The position numbers and the translations under genes are program-made. From Octopus sinensis (taxonomy: Eukaryota): 64,000 nt of DNA. The stretch is taken from positions 66,030,001 to 66,094,000 of the forward strand of contig NC_043010.1 of NCBI RefSeq assembly GCF_006345805.1, in the 5' to 3' direction. The notes under the pieces are model-generated. The model did no database searches, had not been told where the DNA came from, and saw nothing but the letters and a program-made list of their open reading frames with translations. Shown here piece by piece: positions 11,985 through 22,767 of this stretch; the stretch's first letter is position 1, and every line of letters starts with the position of its first letter.

Positions 11985-12354
11985 CACCCGTGTGTGTGTG
12001 TGTGTGTGTGTGGTGTGTGTGTGTGTGTGTGTGTCTGTGTGTCTGCCTGAACGACAAAGAGATAGACAGTGTATGTGTATGTGTGCCTACGTGCGTGTGT
12101 GTGCGTATGTGCAGCGTGTGTGCGTATGTGCAGCGTGTGTGTGTGCGTATGTGCAGTGTGTGTGTGTGTGTGGTGTGTGCGTGTGTGTGTGTGCAGCGTG
12201 TGTGTGCGTGTGTGTGTGTGCGTGTGTGCAGCGTGTGTGTGTGTGTGCGTGTGTGCAGCGTGTGTGTGGTGTGTGCGTGTGTGCAGCGTGTGTGTGCGTG
12301 TGTGTGTGCGTATGTGCAGCGTGTGTGCGTATGTGCAGCGTGTGTGTGTGCGTA

Positions 12355-12387
<33 letters not shown>

Positions 12388-12530
12388 CGTATGTGCAGCG
12401 TGTGTGCAGCGTGTGTGTGTGTGCGTGTGTGCAGCGTGTGTGTGTGTGTGCGTGTGTGCAGCGTGTGTGTGTGTGTGTGTGCGTGTGTGCAGCGTGTGTG
12501 TGCGTGTGTGTGTGTGTGTGTGTCTCTGAG
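11985..12530. repeat. (GT)n tract with recurrent GCAGC/GCGTAT interruptions (minisatellite-like)
   Basis: Direct reading. Confidence 0.9.
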
Positions 12531-13066
12531 TGTTTCTTCACTCTACATACATGTTTGTGATTCTGCAAAAAGGGAGAGGGGGAAGGGAGAGGGGAGAGGG
12601 AGAAGGGGGGAGAGAGAGAAAGTGTGTGTGTGTGTGTGAGAGAGAGAGAAAAAGAGAGAGTAGGGGTCAGACAACGTGTGTCTGTCCTACCCTTCTTATG
12701 TATATACAGAGAGAGAGGGGGGGAGAGATTAATAGCTATGGGTCTGTCCCTGACATCTTTGTACATCTATCATTATTGCTTATCTCTCTAACCCCGACTT
12801 TCACCTGTGCCTGCCCACTTAACCAATCCATCATAGGGACCTAACGAGAAGGGATCCTCATCAGGGCTTTTTCTTAACCCTTTTTACACAAACATCCCCA
12901 CTTCAATTCCCCCCACCCTTCCACCACCCGGAATAACGAACCAGCAAAGTATACAACGTTATATATATCGTGTATCTTTTTCCTTGTTTCAGCCACACCA
13001 ACTCTGATTGTCAATAAATACATACATATACATATATATGATGATGATGATGATGATATATATATA

Positions 13067-13215
13067 GAGAGAGTGGTTGGCGTTAGGAAGGGCATCCAGC
13101 TGTAGAAACAGCCAAATCAAGAGTGGAGCCTGGTGCAGCCATCTGGTTCGCCAGCTCTCAGTCAAAATCGTCCAACCCATGCTAGCATGGAAAGCGGACG
13201 TTAAACGATGATGAT
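13067..13215 (+). mobile_element. RTE 3' end fragment
   Basis: GAGTGGTTGGCGTTAGGAAGGGCATCCAGCTGTAGAAAC...GGACGTTAAACGATGATGAT. Confidence 0.8.
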
Positions 13216-13260
13216 GATATATATATATACATGTATATATATATATGTATATATATATGA

Positions 13261-13312
<52 letters not shown>

Positions 13313-13392
13313 CATGTGTGTGTATATATATATATACGTGTATATATACATGTATATATTAATCAAAATAAAAACATGATTCAAAGGATTTA

Positions 13393-13480
13393 GCGGTACA
13401 TATGTTTCGGGCCTTTATTAGACGGTTTTATAACAATGCATAATTGATGTAAATGTGTGTCTATGGCCTTCTTCAGTCGC
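13393..13480 (-). ncRNA. Mirror-image hammerhead candidate on the opposite arm
   Basis: Reverse complement reads GCGA-CTGAAGA-A-GGCC...GGCC-C-GAAAC-atat-GT-A-CCGC; stem I has one A.C mismatch. Confidence 0.55.
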
Positions 13481-13588
13481 GTACCGATTTCGGGTTGGTG
13501 CCCCACTCTGTCGTACGCGACTATGAGGATTTGCATCCCCAACGTAAAACTTATAATGTAATATATGTCCTTGAAGTAGTAATTGTAC

Positions 13589-13676
13589 GTGGCTGAAGAA
13601 GGCCATAGACACACATTTACATCAATTATGCATTGTTATAAAACCATCTAATAAAGGCCCGAAACATATGTACCGC
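13589..13676 (+). ncRNA. Type-I hammerhead ribozyme candidate, canonical core
   Basis: GTGG-CTGAAGA-A-GGCC-[51 nt]-GGCC-C-GAAAC-atat-GT-A-CCGC; palindromic stem III ACATATGT; predicted cleavage after 13672. Confidence 0.65.
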
Positions 13677-13821
13677 TAAATCCTTTGAATCATGTTTTTA
13701 TTTTGATTAATATACTCTATCACCTACACCACTGAATGGTATATACAGGTGCTTACAACTATCAAGTATTCACCCTGAATTTTTGTACCCAACTATACAT
13801 GTATATATATATATATATTCC

Positions 13822-14092
13822 TGGACTGAGCTGTGTGTTGTGTTCTTGAGCAAGACACTTTATTTCATGTTGCTCCAGTTCACTCAGCTGTAGAAATGAG
13901 TTGCAACATCACTGGTGCCAAGCTGTATTGGCCTTTGCCTTTCCCTTGGATAACATCAGTGGTGTGGAGATTGGAGGCTGGCATGCATGGGCGACTGCTG
14001 GCCTTCCATAAACAACCTTGCCTGGACTTGTGCTTGGGAGGGTAACATTCTCGGTGCAATCCCACGGTCAGTCATGACCAAAGTGGGGGCCT

Positions 14093-14095
<3 letters not shown>
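13822..14095 (+). mobile_element. SINE-like element (family E), headless
   Basis: GTGTTCTTGAGCAAGACACTT...CCAGTTCACTCAGCTGTAGAAATGAG resembles SINE central-domain motifs; single copy in the window. Confidence 0.45.
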
Positions 14096-14109
<14 letters not shown>

Positions 14110-14130
<21 letters not shown>

Positions 14131-14440
14131 CCCCGGGCCAACCAATGCCTTGTGAGTGAATTTGGTAGACGGAAACTGAAAGAAGCCTGTCGTATATATG
14201 TATATATATGTATATATGTGTATGTGTGTGTGTTTGTGTGTGTGTCCCCTAGCATTGCTTGACAACCGATGCTGGTGTGTTTACGTCCCCGTCACTTAGC
14301 GGTTCGGCAAAAGAGACCGATAGAATAAGTACTGGGCTTACAAAAAAAGAATAAGTCCCGGGGTCGAGTTGCTCGATTAAAGGTGGTGCTCCAGCATGGC
14401 CGCAGTCAAAGGACTGAAACAAGTAAAAGAGTAAAAAGAG
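14110..14440 (+). mobile_element. SINE family A, 5'-truncated
   Basis: Family consensus ending in the GTAAAAGAG tail. Confidence 0.8.
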
Positions 14441-14444
14441 TGTG

Positions 14445-14490
<46 letters not shown>

Positions 14491-14536
14491 GCATATATCA
14501 GTACAAACAGTAAATAACTTGAAATACAAAAGCAAG

Positions 14537-14741
14537 TGAGTTCAATACGCAAACAAGAGAAACAAAGGGAAAACAGGACAAGTAATACAAAGAACGACCC
14601 TTCATCAGTTGTTGACTGTCAATCTGCTCCTCATTTCAAGCATTAGACAGCCGACAACTGACGAAAGGTCGTTCTTTATGCCTTGTGTGTTACCTGTCCT
14701 GTTTTCCATTTGTTTCTTTCATTGTTTGCGTATTCAACTCA
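14537..14741. repeat. Imperfect fold-back cassette (~85-95-bp arms, 25-nt spacer)
   Basis: TGAGTTCAATACGCAAAC... versus ...GTTTGCGTATTCAACTCA; CTGA(C/T)GA near the centre on each strand. Confidence 0.85.
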
Positions 14742-14808
14742 TTTGTTTTCATATTTCATGTTGTTTATGGTTTGTGACATCCTGTACCCATACATGCGTG
14801 TGTACGTG

Positions 14809-14840
<32 letters not shown>

Positions 14841-14850
14841 CATCATCATC

Positions 14851-14859
<9 letters not shown>

Positions 14860-14883
<24 letters not shown>

Positions 14884-15228
14884 CTGTGTGTTTGTGTGTC
14901 TGTGTTTGTCCCCCTAGCATTGCTTGACAACCGATGCTGGTGTGTTTACGTCCCCGTCACTTAGCGGTTCGGCAAAAGAGACCGATAGAATAAGTACTGG
15001 GCTTACAAAGAATAAGTCCCGGGGTCGATTTATCAGTCATTTGACTGCGGCCATGCGGGAGCTCCGCCTTTAGCTGCGCAAATCAACCCCGGGACTTATT
15101 CTTTGTAAGCCCAGTACTTATTCTATCGGTCTCTTTTGCCGAACCGCTAGGTGACGGGGACGTAAACACACCAGCATCGGTTGTCAAGCAATGCTAGGGG
15201 GACAAACACAGACACACAAACACACACA

Positions 15229-15271
<43 letters not shown>

Positions 15272-15320
15272 TATACGACAGGCTTCTTTCAGTTTCCATC
15301 TACCAAATCCACTCACATGC
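14860..15320. mobile_element. Tail-to-tail inverted pair of SINE A fragments
   Basis: 14860-15031 (+) and 15080-15255 (-) are near-perfect reverse complements with a 48-nt spacer. Confidence 0.9.
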
Positions 15321-15894
15321 ATGTGATTTAGGCTGTTTGGCTTGTGATCTTCCAAGAATTAATTCAATTTCTGATCCATGCAACAACACATGTGCTGTTG
15401 GGACAAGGGTGAAGGGGCCAAGAATTTGTTTATGCGAATTCAATTTTACATAGGCACCTAAAACAACTCACACGTAGTAAGTAGCTGGATGTACATATTC
15501 TCTGTTGAGTGGTTTGGTTGTTAAGAAGGGCACCCAACTGTAAAAATCCTGCCAAAACAGACACAGAAAAGCCTGGTGCAGGCTTCCGCCAGGCCGGCTC
15601 TTGTCAAACTGTCCCACCCATGCCAGCATAGAAAGCAGACATTAAACGATGATGATGATGACGATGACGATATAAACTTATACACACACAGACACACATC
15701 ATGCACATACATACAAGGGGTTGCTGAAAAGTTCCTGGCTTAAAGAGTATCACGAAAGGCCTAGTTGGAGGCCCAGCTTTCCAAGTTCTTTTACAGGGCT
15801 TAGGAAAATGGAAGGATTGTTAAAATCATAATTAATTGATCCTCTTACATACACTCCTCTCGTATCGTACATACATACGTACACACATACATAC

Positions 15895-16246
15895 ATGAGC
15901 ACCTTGTTTCCCTGGGCATGGATTCACTGAAGCTCCGGCGTCTGGCGACGGACTTGGTAAACACCCACAAGGTTATCAACCACCTCACCAACAACAACAC
16001 TGAACACCTTTTTGATCTCCATGTGTCCAACACACGTGGACATGCCTACAAAGTCAGAAAACAACACAGCTCCCATGAAGCATGGAATAAACTGCCTGCG
16101 TCAGTTGTTGACTGCCATGACACTGCATCCTTTAAGGCCCTCATGCTTTCCGAAATCCGCCGAAACTACACCTGATTATATATACACTTTAGATGAGTTG
16201 TAGTGCACCTGAGCACTGTACACAATTATTATTATTATTATTATTA
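15895..16246 (+). mobile_element. CR1/L2-type LINE 3' end with (ATT)n tail
   Basis: ORF 15918-16175: SLKLRRLATDL...TRGHAYKV...WNKLPASVV...SFK, the CR1/L2 ORF2 C-terminal pattern; tail ATTATTATT. Confidence 0.8.
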
Positions 16247-16963
16247 TACAAACATGCACATAGATACATAGATACATACATATCCTAAGTACATACGTAC
16301 ATACATACATACGTACATAGATACACATAGCCCTTAAACCCTCAAAATGTGACAGAAAATGTCAATTTCAGTGCATTTCTATAGAAACTATAACACGTGA
16401 TCAGCAGCTCCCCAAAAATCTGATTAAGGTACTTTCCTGTAAGACAAAATATTATTGCAAAAATGTATACATGAGAGGGGCCCAGGCATAGCTGTGTGGT
16501 AAGAAGTTTGCTTCACAACTATATGGTTCTGGGTTCAGTCCCATTGTGTGGCACGTACCTTCTACAATAGGCTTGGGCCAATGAGTGGAATTTGGTAGAT
16601 AGAAACTGAAAGAATCCCATCGTATATCTGTGTGTGTTTATGTGTGTTTGTTTTTGTGTGTGTGTGTGTATCCCCACCACCACCACCACCACTTGACAAC
16701 AGATGTTGGTTTGTTTACATCCCTGTAAATTAACAGCTCAGCAAACAAAATGCCAACAGAATAAGCATTAGGCTTTAAAATATATATATATATATATATA
16801 TACGGGTGTGTGTGATTGTGTATAGAAGAATATATTAATAAAAGGAATTCCAACCTTGTCTGATTTTCACGTTTTATTCACAATCTTATAATGATATAAG
16901 ATAATATAATATAATAGAATAAAATAAAATAAAATAATAGAATGTTAAATGTTCATTCTGATT

Positions 16964-17006
16964 GAACTAGTACTTTCATGCATTATATTCTTCAATCTTC
17001 AGGTTC
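16964..17006 (-). ncRNA. Minimal type-I hammerhead-like fold, canonical core, weak stem II
   Basis: GAAC-CTGAAGA-ttgaagaatataatgcat-GAAAG-ta-CT-A-GTTC; stem III palindrome AGTACT, perfect stem I. Confidence 0.5.
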
Positions 17007-17038
17007 ATGTAGGAGTGGTGACAGTCATGCTTCAAAAA

Positions 17039-17940
17039 TTCGAACTTTAGGCCTCACTGAGGAAATGACCAGAGACCGAGACCTTTGGAAATATTCTGTA
17101 CATGAGAAGACCAGGCAGGACAAGTGAGCCCAGCCCACTTATGAATGCCTTTCCTCCCTTGGACACAAAGACCGGTTGAGGCAAGCGAAGTCGATATAGA
17201 ACCTCATCCGACGACAGACACCCATCCCAACCCCCCATGCTTGCGAAGACATGTTGGGGCAAGCGAAATCGAAACCGAATTGAACCAGCCAGGATCCCTG
17301 GCCTGGTGGTACGTAAAAAGCACTATCCGACTCGGGGCCGTGGCACGTAAAATACTCCAATGCGACCGTACGACAGGCACCCATGCCAACCCCCTTGCTT
17401 GTGAAGACATGTTGGGGCAAGCGAAATCGAAATCGAATTGAACCAGCAGGATCCCTGGCCTGGTGGTACGTAAAAAGCACTATCCGACTCGGGGCCGTGG
17501 CACGTAAAATACTCCAATGCGGACCGTACGACAGGCACCCATGCCAACCCCCTTTGCTTGTGAAGACATGTTGGGGCCAAGCGAAATCGAAATCGAATTG
17601 AACCAGCCAGGATCCCTGGTCTGGTGGTACGTAAAAAGCACTATCCGACTCGTGGCCGATCCAGCACCGCCTCGACTGGCTTCCGTGCGGTGGCACATAA
17701 AATCACCCAATCTGACCGTGGCCGTTGCCAGCCCCGCCTGGCACCTGTGCAGGTGGCACGTAAAAAGCACACTACACTCACGGAGTGGTTGGCGTTAGGA
17801 AGGGCATCCAGCTGTAGAAACATTGCCAGATAAGACTGGAGCCTGGTGCAGCCTTCTGGCTTCCCAGAAACACCGGTCGAACCGTCCAACCCATGCTAGC
17901 ATGGAGAACGGACGTTAAACGACGATGATGATGATGATGA
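17039..17940 (+). mobile_element. RTE LINE 3' portion: ORF C-terminus plus 3' UTR with ~159-bp tandem repeats and (GAT)n tail
   Basis: IRTLGLTEEMTRDRDLWKYSVHEKTRQDK* at 17039-17128; repeat units start at 17260, 17418, 17578. Confidence 0.85.
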
Positions 17941-18114
17941 TTATATTATCTTATATCATTATAAGATTGTGAATAAAACGTGAAAATCAGACAAGGTTGG
18001 AATTCCTTTTATTAATATATATATATATATATATATTTAAACACACGCACATATATTTGCATTACAGTCAGTGCAGCTTCACCAGGGTTCACTTCGAGGA
18101 TGACCAAATGGACG

Positions 18115-18198
18115 GACCCTGATGAAGCTGCACTGACAATAATATAAGGTTGCATTTACAATAGTGAGTAGTCACTGCAGCAGAAACACTTGTAGGTC
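18115..18198 (+). ncRNA. Type-I hammerhead ribozyme candidate, canonical core, long stem II
   Basis: GACC-CTGATGA-A-GCTGCA(c)TGAC...GTCA(c)TGCAGC-A-GAAAC-actt-GT-A-GGTC; predicted cleavage after 18194. Confidence 0.7.
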
Positions 18199-18257
18199 AT
18201 TATAATATGCTGTATAAGATTATAAAAAAACTTTTGTGGATGTACCAGTCTCCATAC

Positions 18258-18460
18258 TCATCATCATCATCATCATGTTTAGCATCCATTTCCCATGCTG
18301 GCATGGGTTGGACGGTTTGACTGAGGTCTTGAGAGCCAACGGCTGCACCAGGCTCCAATCTGATCTGGCAATGTTTCTACAGCTGGATGCCCTTCCCAAT
18401 GCCACCCACTCTGAGACTATAGTGGGTGCTCTTTACATGCCACCGGCACAGGAGCCAGTC
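18258..18460 (-). mobile_element. RTE 3' end fragment
   Basis: (CAT)n tail followed by the reverse-complemented family body. Confidence 0.75.
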
Positions 18461-19337
18461 AGGTGACCCTGATGTACACCAGACAATTTTCACTGTCCAG
18501 TGAAGTGTACACAGAACTACCCATCGGGAGAATTCATGGAGTGATTACCATGAAATTGTAGTCACAGACATTAAATGCTGGTCATTGTAATTAGAGCTAA
18601 TACGGTACGTGCCAGGATAGTATATCCCTCCAAACTCACTTTTGTGTGTGTAGTCATACATATGAGTATCTGATTAAGAAGTCTGCTCCCCAACTACATC
18701 ATTCTGGATTCAGTTCCACAGTATGGTACCTTGGGCAAGTGTCTTTCATTATAGCCCCAAGCCAAGCAAAACCTTGTGAGTAGATTTGAAAGACAGAAAC
18801 TGTATATATACATATATATAATAAATGTGGAAACTAATTGCTGTGTGTCAGTGTGTCACACTTTGACCCCGCCCTCTCTCACTATTCAATGACACCTCTT
18901 TGTGCTGGGGTGAGAGTAAAATAGCAGGCATAGAGACGATGAGGGTGGTGGCAAAGACAAGCAGAAAGAGAGAAAGAGAGGAAAAAGAGGGAGAGAAAGA
19001 GAGAAAAAAAGTGGGAGAGAAAGAGAGACAAAGAAATGTAGAGAGAGTTGATGATATTTTATTAAAAGTAGTATTGATGGTGGCAGTGGGGATAATAATA
19101 AGAGAGGGAGAGAGAGAGAGTGGGTACATGAGAGAGAGAGAGTGAGATGAGGTACAACTTTCCTGGGCAGATATTCCTGTGGCCAGCATACTGAACCAAC
19201 TACTGAACACTATCAACATATATATAATTTACAGAAAATAAAAGACAAAGACAGGTGTAGAAACAACAAGCAGGTGTATTAGGAAGAATGGAAAAGTCTT
19301 TTAGGTTTCAAGCCTACACTCTTTGACAGAAAGGATT

Positions 19338-19760
19338 AACCCTTTCGTTACCAACCTGGCTGAAACTGCCTCTGGCTCTGTAGCATAAATATCTTGTTTT
19401 CATAAGTTTTGAATTAAAATCCTCCACCAAACCTTAGTCACAATTTTATGTTCCAAACACTAGCTGAATGATAACTAAGTTATTTTACTAAATTCTCTGT
19501 TATATTTAAAGTAATTGAAAGAAACTCAGAGCATCTCAAAATAAATGCAGTAATGAAAGGGTTAAAATATATAATAGAGAAACAATTCTTAACCCTTTTG
19601 ATACCAACCTGGCTGAAACTGCCTCTGGCTCTGAATAGAAATGCCTTGTTTTCATAAGTTTTGAATTAAAATCTTCCACCAAACCTTAGTCGCAATTTTA
19701 TGTTCCTAACACTAGCTTAATGATAACTAAGTTATTTTACTAAATTCATTGTTATATTAG
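19338..19760 (-). mobile_element. Inverted copy of the piggyBac-like MITE dimer
   Basis: Reverse complement of 2351-2828, including the inter-unit spacer AATATATAATAGAGAAACAATTCT. Confidence 0.7.
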
Positions 19761-19764
19761 GGTC

Positions 19765-19930
19765 TTATCAGAAGCAACTGTCATTACACTTTGCTGTAGG
19801 GTCCCCAAACATTACCCACAGAGACTATGGGTAGTATCCAAGTATTTTATTCTTGGCCTACCATTAGGTCTCCTGCAAGTTGACTCAGTGTGAAGACTTT
19901 TGTCTTGAGACTCTTTCCTGCAATATTCCA
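19765..19930 (-). pseudogene. RTE-type ORF C-terminal remnant
   Basis: CRRPNGRPRIKYLDTTHSLCG*CLG...MTVASDKTL resembles RTE GRRPRGRPRxRW. Confidence 0.5.
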
Positions 19931-19946
19931 CACATATAATGTGGAA

Positions 19947-20327
19947 GCACTCCGTCGGTTACGACGACGAGGGTTCCGGTTGATCCAAATCAACGGAACA
20001 GCCTGCTCGTGAAACTAACGCGTAAGTGGCTGAGCACTCCACAGACACGTGTACCCTTAACGTAGTTCTCAGGGATATTCAGCGTGACACAGAGAGTGAC
20101 AAGGCCGGCCCCTTGAAATACAAGTACAACAGAAACAGGAAGTAAGAGTGAGAGAAAGTTGTGGTGAAAGAGTACAGCAGGGATCACCACCATCCCCTGC
20201 CGGAGCCTCGTAGAGCCTTTAGGTGTTTTCGCTCAATAAACACTCACAACGCCCGGCCTGGGAATCGAAACCGCGATCCTATGACCGCGAGTCCGCTGCC
20301 CTAACCACTGGGCCATTGCGCCTCCAC
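19947..20327 (-). mobile_element. SINE family D, full length, low divergence
   Basis: Head (rc) GTGGAGGCGCAATGGCCCAGTGGTTAGGGCAGCGGACTCGCGGTCATAGGATCGCGGTTTCGATTCCC has tRNA A/B boxes. Confidence 0.85.
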
Positions 20328-20839
20328 ACGCATATAATATATACACACATAATTTAAACAAAAATGATCTGAGAAATAACTCAACGTGGCCAGTGGCATG
20401 TGTTTTGACAACATAGACATATACAGGTATATCAAATGTCATACAACATAAACTTGATCAATTAAATTATTTCTGCATCTAGGGGCTGTATTTTAATTTA
20501 ACTCATTAGCATTCAGATTAAATTTTATTACAATTCACGTTTACTGACATTGTTTTGAATTAATCTTGTACTTTTGAGATTCTGATGATGTATTGTATAC
20601 TTTTTGAATGACATTGTAGGGTAGGTGTGAGAGACCCAATCCAGTTGGTTTGAACATAAAACAGATAGAATATTTCGGCCAGATTTGGCCAGTTTAAATG
20701 CTAAGGAGTCAAACCAGTTCCATTTGAGAAGGAGAGATGATCCAATAAGGAAAAGGACAGGCTTGTCATCTGGAGGTAAGCAGTCAGTCATCAACACATG
20801 TTTATGACACACACACACATACATACACACATACACGCA

Positions 20840-21065
20840 TCTATTATATAAAATCCGTTCCGTCTGTCTGTGTGTGTGTGTGTCTTCTAGGATCTCGGGC
20901 ATCCTCCATCCGATTGCGCTCAAATTTGATATGTCGATACCGACGGTATCAGGGCGTGTATAAGTCTTGAAAAAATTACAAAAATCGATTCCAGGTGGGA
21001 ATGCGATCAATAAAGCCGTGGGAACGTGCATTTGTACGCGCAAGTACATCAGTCGAAATCCGTCT
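20840..21065 (+). mobile_element. Non-autonomous Helitron 5' fragment
   Basis: A|TCTATTATATAAAA..GTCTGTCTGTGTG..CCGATTGCGCTCAAATTT resembles the 5' end of the 45791-46741 element; no 3' hairpin-CTAG seen. Confidence 0.5.
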
Positions 21066-21222
21066 TTTGCTGGTGTCTCAAATTTAGGTTAAATCAGTGT
21101 TTCTCAAAGGGGAGGCCTATGGGACAGTCGGACAAGTTGTTTTGAGAAAATTTGGTTTAAATGTTTGACAACTCATCACCATCCATTGGGGGGGGGGGGC
21201 GTCTTGCACGTATATGTATATG

Positions 21223-21264
<42 letters not shown>

Positions 21265-21552
21265 TTTCTCTCTGACAGGTTTATGGTTGAGCCTGGAGAC
21301 CTCCAACATCACTAGCCCCTGGAATATATCTCTGTTCACCACTAATGGGACAGAGATGGCTGTTCACAAGTGTAAGCCCCATGGGTCAGAATGGCTGTTC
21401 CAGAGCATCTCCTTCACCATCCTCCAGGGGCAACGCCTTTTCTATTTTGTCTGCTCAGACCATGAGATGATCTGAATCACAGGGAATTTTACACTCCACT
21501 TCTTAATGTAAAGTTACTCCATATATATATTTAAACTAAAGCTCAACAGAAT

Positions 21553-21571
<19 letters not shown>

Positions 21572-21589
<18 letters not shown>

Positions 21590-22062
21590 GATATATATGG
21601 AAAAAAGTCAAGGTAGAAAATGCTAAAATAATTTTATCATAGAAAACATTTCAGTACCGGTTTCAGTCATTGAGATTTTTTCAACTGTAAGTATGGAAAA
21701 CAAATAAATTTTGGAAAAATTAAAAGAAAAGTATTTTAAAAGAATATTTGCATAGTATTCAAATACAAGGGGCATTTTACTTGTTTCTGCCTGTCTCTGT
21801 CTCTCTTGTTTACTCTTGTGCGTTCGAGGAGAGACAGAGACAGGCAGAAACAAGGAAAATGCCCCTTGTTTTTGAATACTATGCAAATATTCTTTTAAAA
21901 TACTTTTCTTTTAATTTTTCCAAAATTTAATTGTTTTCCATACTTACAGTTGAAAAAGTCTCAATGACTGAAACCGGTACTGAAATGTTTTTAATGATAA
22001 AATTATTTTAGCATTTTCTACCTTGACTTTTTTCCATATATATCTATATGTGTGTGTGTGTG
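21572..22062. repeat. Fold-back cassette: ~235-bp inverted arms, ~20-nt spacer, degenerate hammerhead fold in each arm
   Basis: Paired coordinates sum to 43634; CAG-TTGAAAA-AGTC-tcaat-GACT-GAAAC-cg-GT-A-CTG at 21947-21982, mirror at 21652-21687. Confidence 0.9.
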
Positions 22063-22767
22063 TTCTACTATATATATATATAAACATAACTGTTTTAACA
22101 TCCACGTTTCCATGCTTGCATGGGTCAGACATAATTCAGTGAGGCAGATTTTCTTCAGGTAATAACTTCTTGTTGCCAACCTTCACCTGTTTCCAAGTAA
22201 GGTAATATATTTCCTCTGGTCTGGATGTTTTTACAGACAACCGGAAATGAATGACCCCCCCCCCCCCGCCTCATATGACTGACAATTGTGTACAACTGTC
22301 ATGTGATGTCAAGAGAAGGATATGCAAACATACGTGTACATATATATGTAGCACCATCACCAGGTGTGGCTTTAGGCATGTGGTTCTGAGTTCAGTTCCA
22401 CTGCATGTCATTTTGGGCAAGCATCTTCTACTATAGGATTGGGCCATCACCTTGTGAATGGATTTGATAGATAGAAACTGAGTTCATTGTGTGAGTGTGT
22501 ATATATATTATATATATATATATATGTATATTTATATTATATATTATATTATTGGAAAACCTGAAGATTACTCAGCATCTTAAATCTGCTGTAATATTTA
22601 CAGCTTTTAATAAAATGTTGTAGTATGAAACAATTGTACTAAATTACCGGATCCATTCTTGTTGCTTATTTCTGATTATATATATATATATATATAAATA
22701 TATTGATAAAAATGGTAAGACAATGACAGAATGAAAGAGACCTCGATATTATGTAAATAGAGGAATT

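Larger units (their letters stand above)
13355..13714. repeat. Fold-back cassette: 122-bp inverted arms (1 mismatch) with 116-bp spacer
   Basis: 13355-13476 versus 13593-13714 (paired coordinates sum to 27069). Confidence 0.95.
16830..18020. repeat. 80-bp perfect inverted arms (16830-16909 / 17941-18020) enclosing a hammerhead-like motif and an RTE insertion
   Basis: Arms verified (paired coordinates sum to 34850). Confidence 0.85.

Noticed and set aside
12800-12868. Minus-strand CTGATGA...GAAAGTC
   Set aside because: No stem III and no consistent stem II. Similar partial motifs at 18469, 32786, 36855, 42225-42260 and 48621 were rejected for missing stems.
18067-18137. Pre-miRNA-like hairpin
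   Set aside because: Better explained as a partial inversion of the hammerhead cassette; no expression evidence.
20250-20327. tRNA-like sequence (also the SINE A/B heads)
   Set aside because: Has A/B boxes but no complete cloverleaf acceptor stem and runs into a SINE body, so it is not a tRNA gene.
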